This document shows positions 63,390 to 64,000 of a stretch of 64,000 bases of DNA, one piece after another. The stretch spans positions 68,076,001 to 68,140,000 of the forward strand of contig OZ024740.1 of NCBI GenBank assembly GCA_964016885.1, written 5' to 3'. A model generated the notes under the pieces. That model saw only the letters and a program-made list of their open reading frames with translations. It did no database searches and had not been told where the DNA came from. The first letter of the stretch is position 1. Each line of letters starts with the position of its first letter. The position numbers were made by a program, and so were the translations under genes. The DNA is from Eledone cirrhosa (taxonomy: Eukaryota).

Positions 63390-64000
63390 GTACTAAGTGT
63401 GAGAAATGAAATTTCGTTTCATTTTTTCCGTTTATCGTTTTCGGAGCGCCCGGCCGATTAACTCACTCGATATGCAAATTAGGCTTCCCAGCTGTTAATA
63501 TGCATAAGGAAAGTATATACTTTCAGACGTTCAATCATCTGGCAGAAAGGTATACGTTGCTGACGATAGCTAATAGGCTTGAAACTAGTACTGCGTTCCT
63601 TTTTCAGTGTTGAATAAATGAGCAACGATGGTTGCTAGACACTGTACGGCTTAATTCGGGATGTTTGTTTACAAACACACCGAGCATTATAATAAATGTT
63701 TGGTGAATCCATACGTACAGATATATATATATATGTATGTATGTAACTATATACATACCAATGTACGTCTGTATACATATATGTATGTTCGTATACATAC
63801 TTATATTTAAGTAACGGCCGTACTAAGAGTGAGAAATGAAATTTCGTTTCGTTTTTTTCCGTGTATCGTTTTCGGTGCGCTCGGCCGATTAACTCACTCG
63901 ATATGGAAATGAGGCTGCTCGGCCGTTAATATGCATAAGGAAATTATATACTTTCAGAAGTTCAATCATCTGGCAGGAAGGTATACGTTGCTGACGATAG
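63390..64000 (+). mobile_element. Family B element in direct tandem (430-bp period), running off the window end
   Basis: tactaag.gtgagaaatgaaatttcg at 63391 and 63821; HHR cores at 63560 and 63991. Confidence 0.85.
63554..63596 (+). ncRNA. Hammerhead ribozyme family B
   Basis: ACGUUG CUGACGA U AGCU-AAUA-GGCU U GAAA CUAG UA CUGCGU; stem I partly mismatched. Confidence 0.8.

Overview
AT-rich, microsatellite-saturated animal (eukaryotic) DNA, probably an octopus/coleoid cephalopod; this is inferred from recalled SINE sequences and not verified by search. No host protein-coding gene can be supported. Most ORF-track entries are (TA)n/(CA)n/(GA)n translation artefacts. The coding content is all retroelement: a near-intact Penelope-like element (PLE; RT + GIY-YIG, 11.6-15.1 kb), a rearranged second copy, three other PLE fragments, three RTE LINEs (one full-length with a 13-bp TSD), an R4-like LINE, a Tx1/L1 fragment and several tRNA-derived SINEs. 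The main hidden signal is about 12 sequence-unrelated families (about 20 copies) of type I hammerhead ribozymes (HHR), read by eye. Nearly all have a palindromic stem III, three have a compensatory U3-A8 core and several carry U4 variants. They lie in PLE 3' repeats and in short non-coding elements inserted at (TA)n, which form tandem repeats or head-to-head fold-backs of uniform polarity. None of these ribozymes has been tested for activity.
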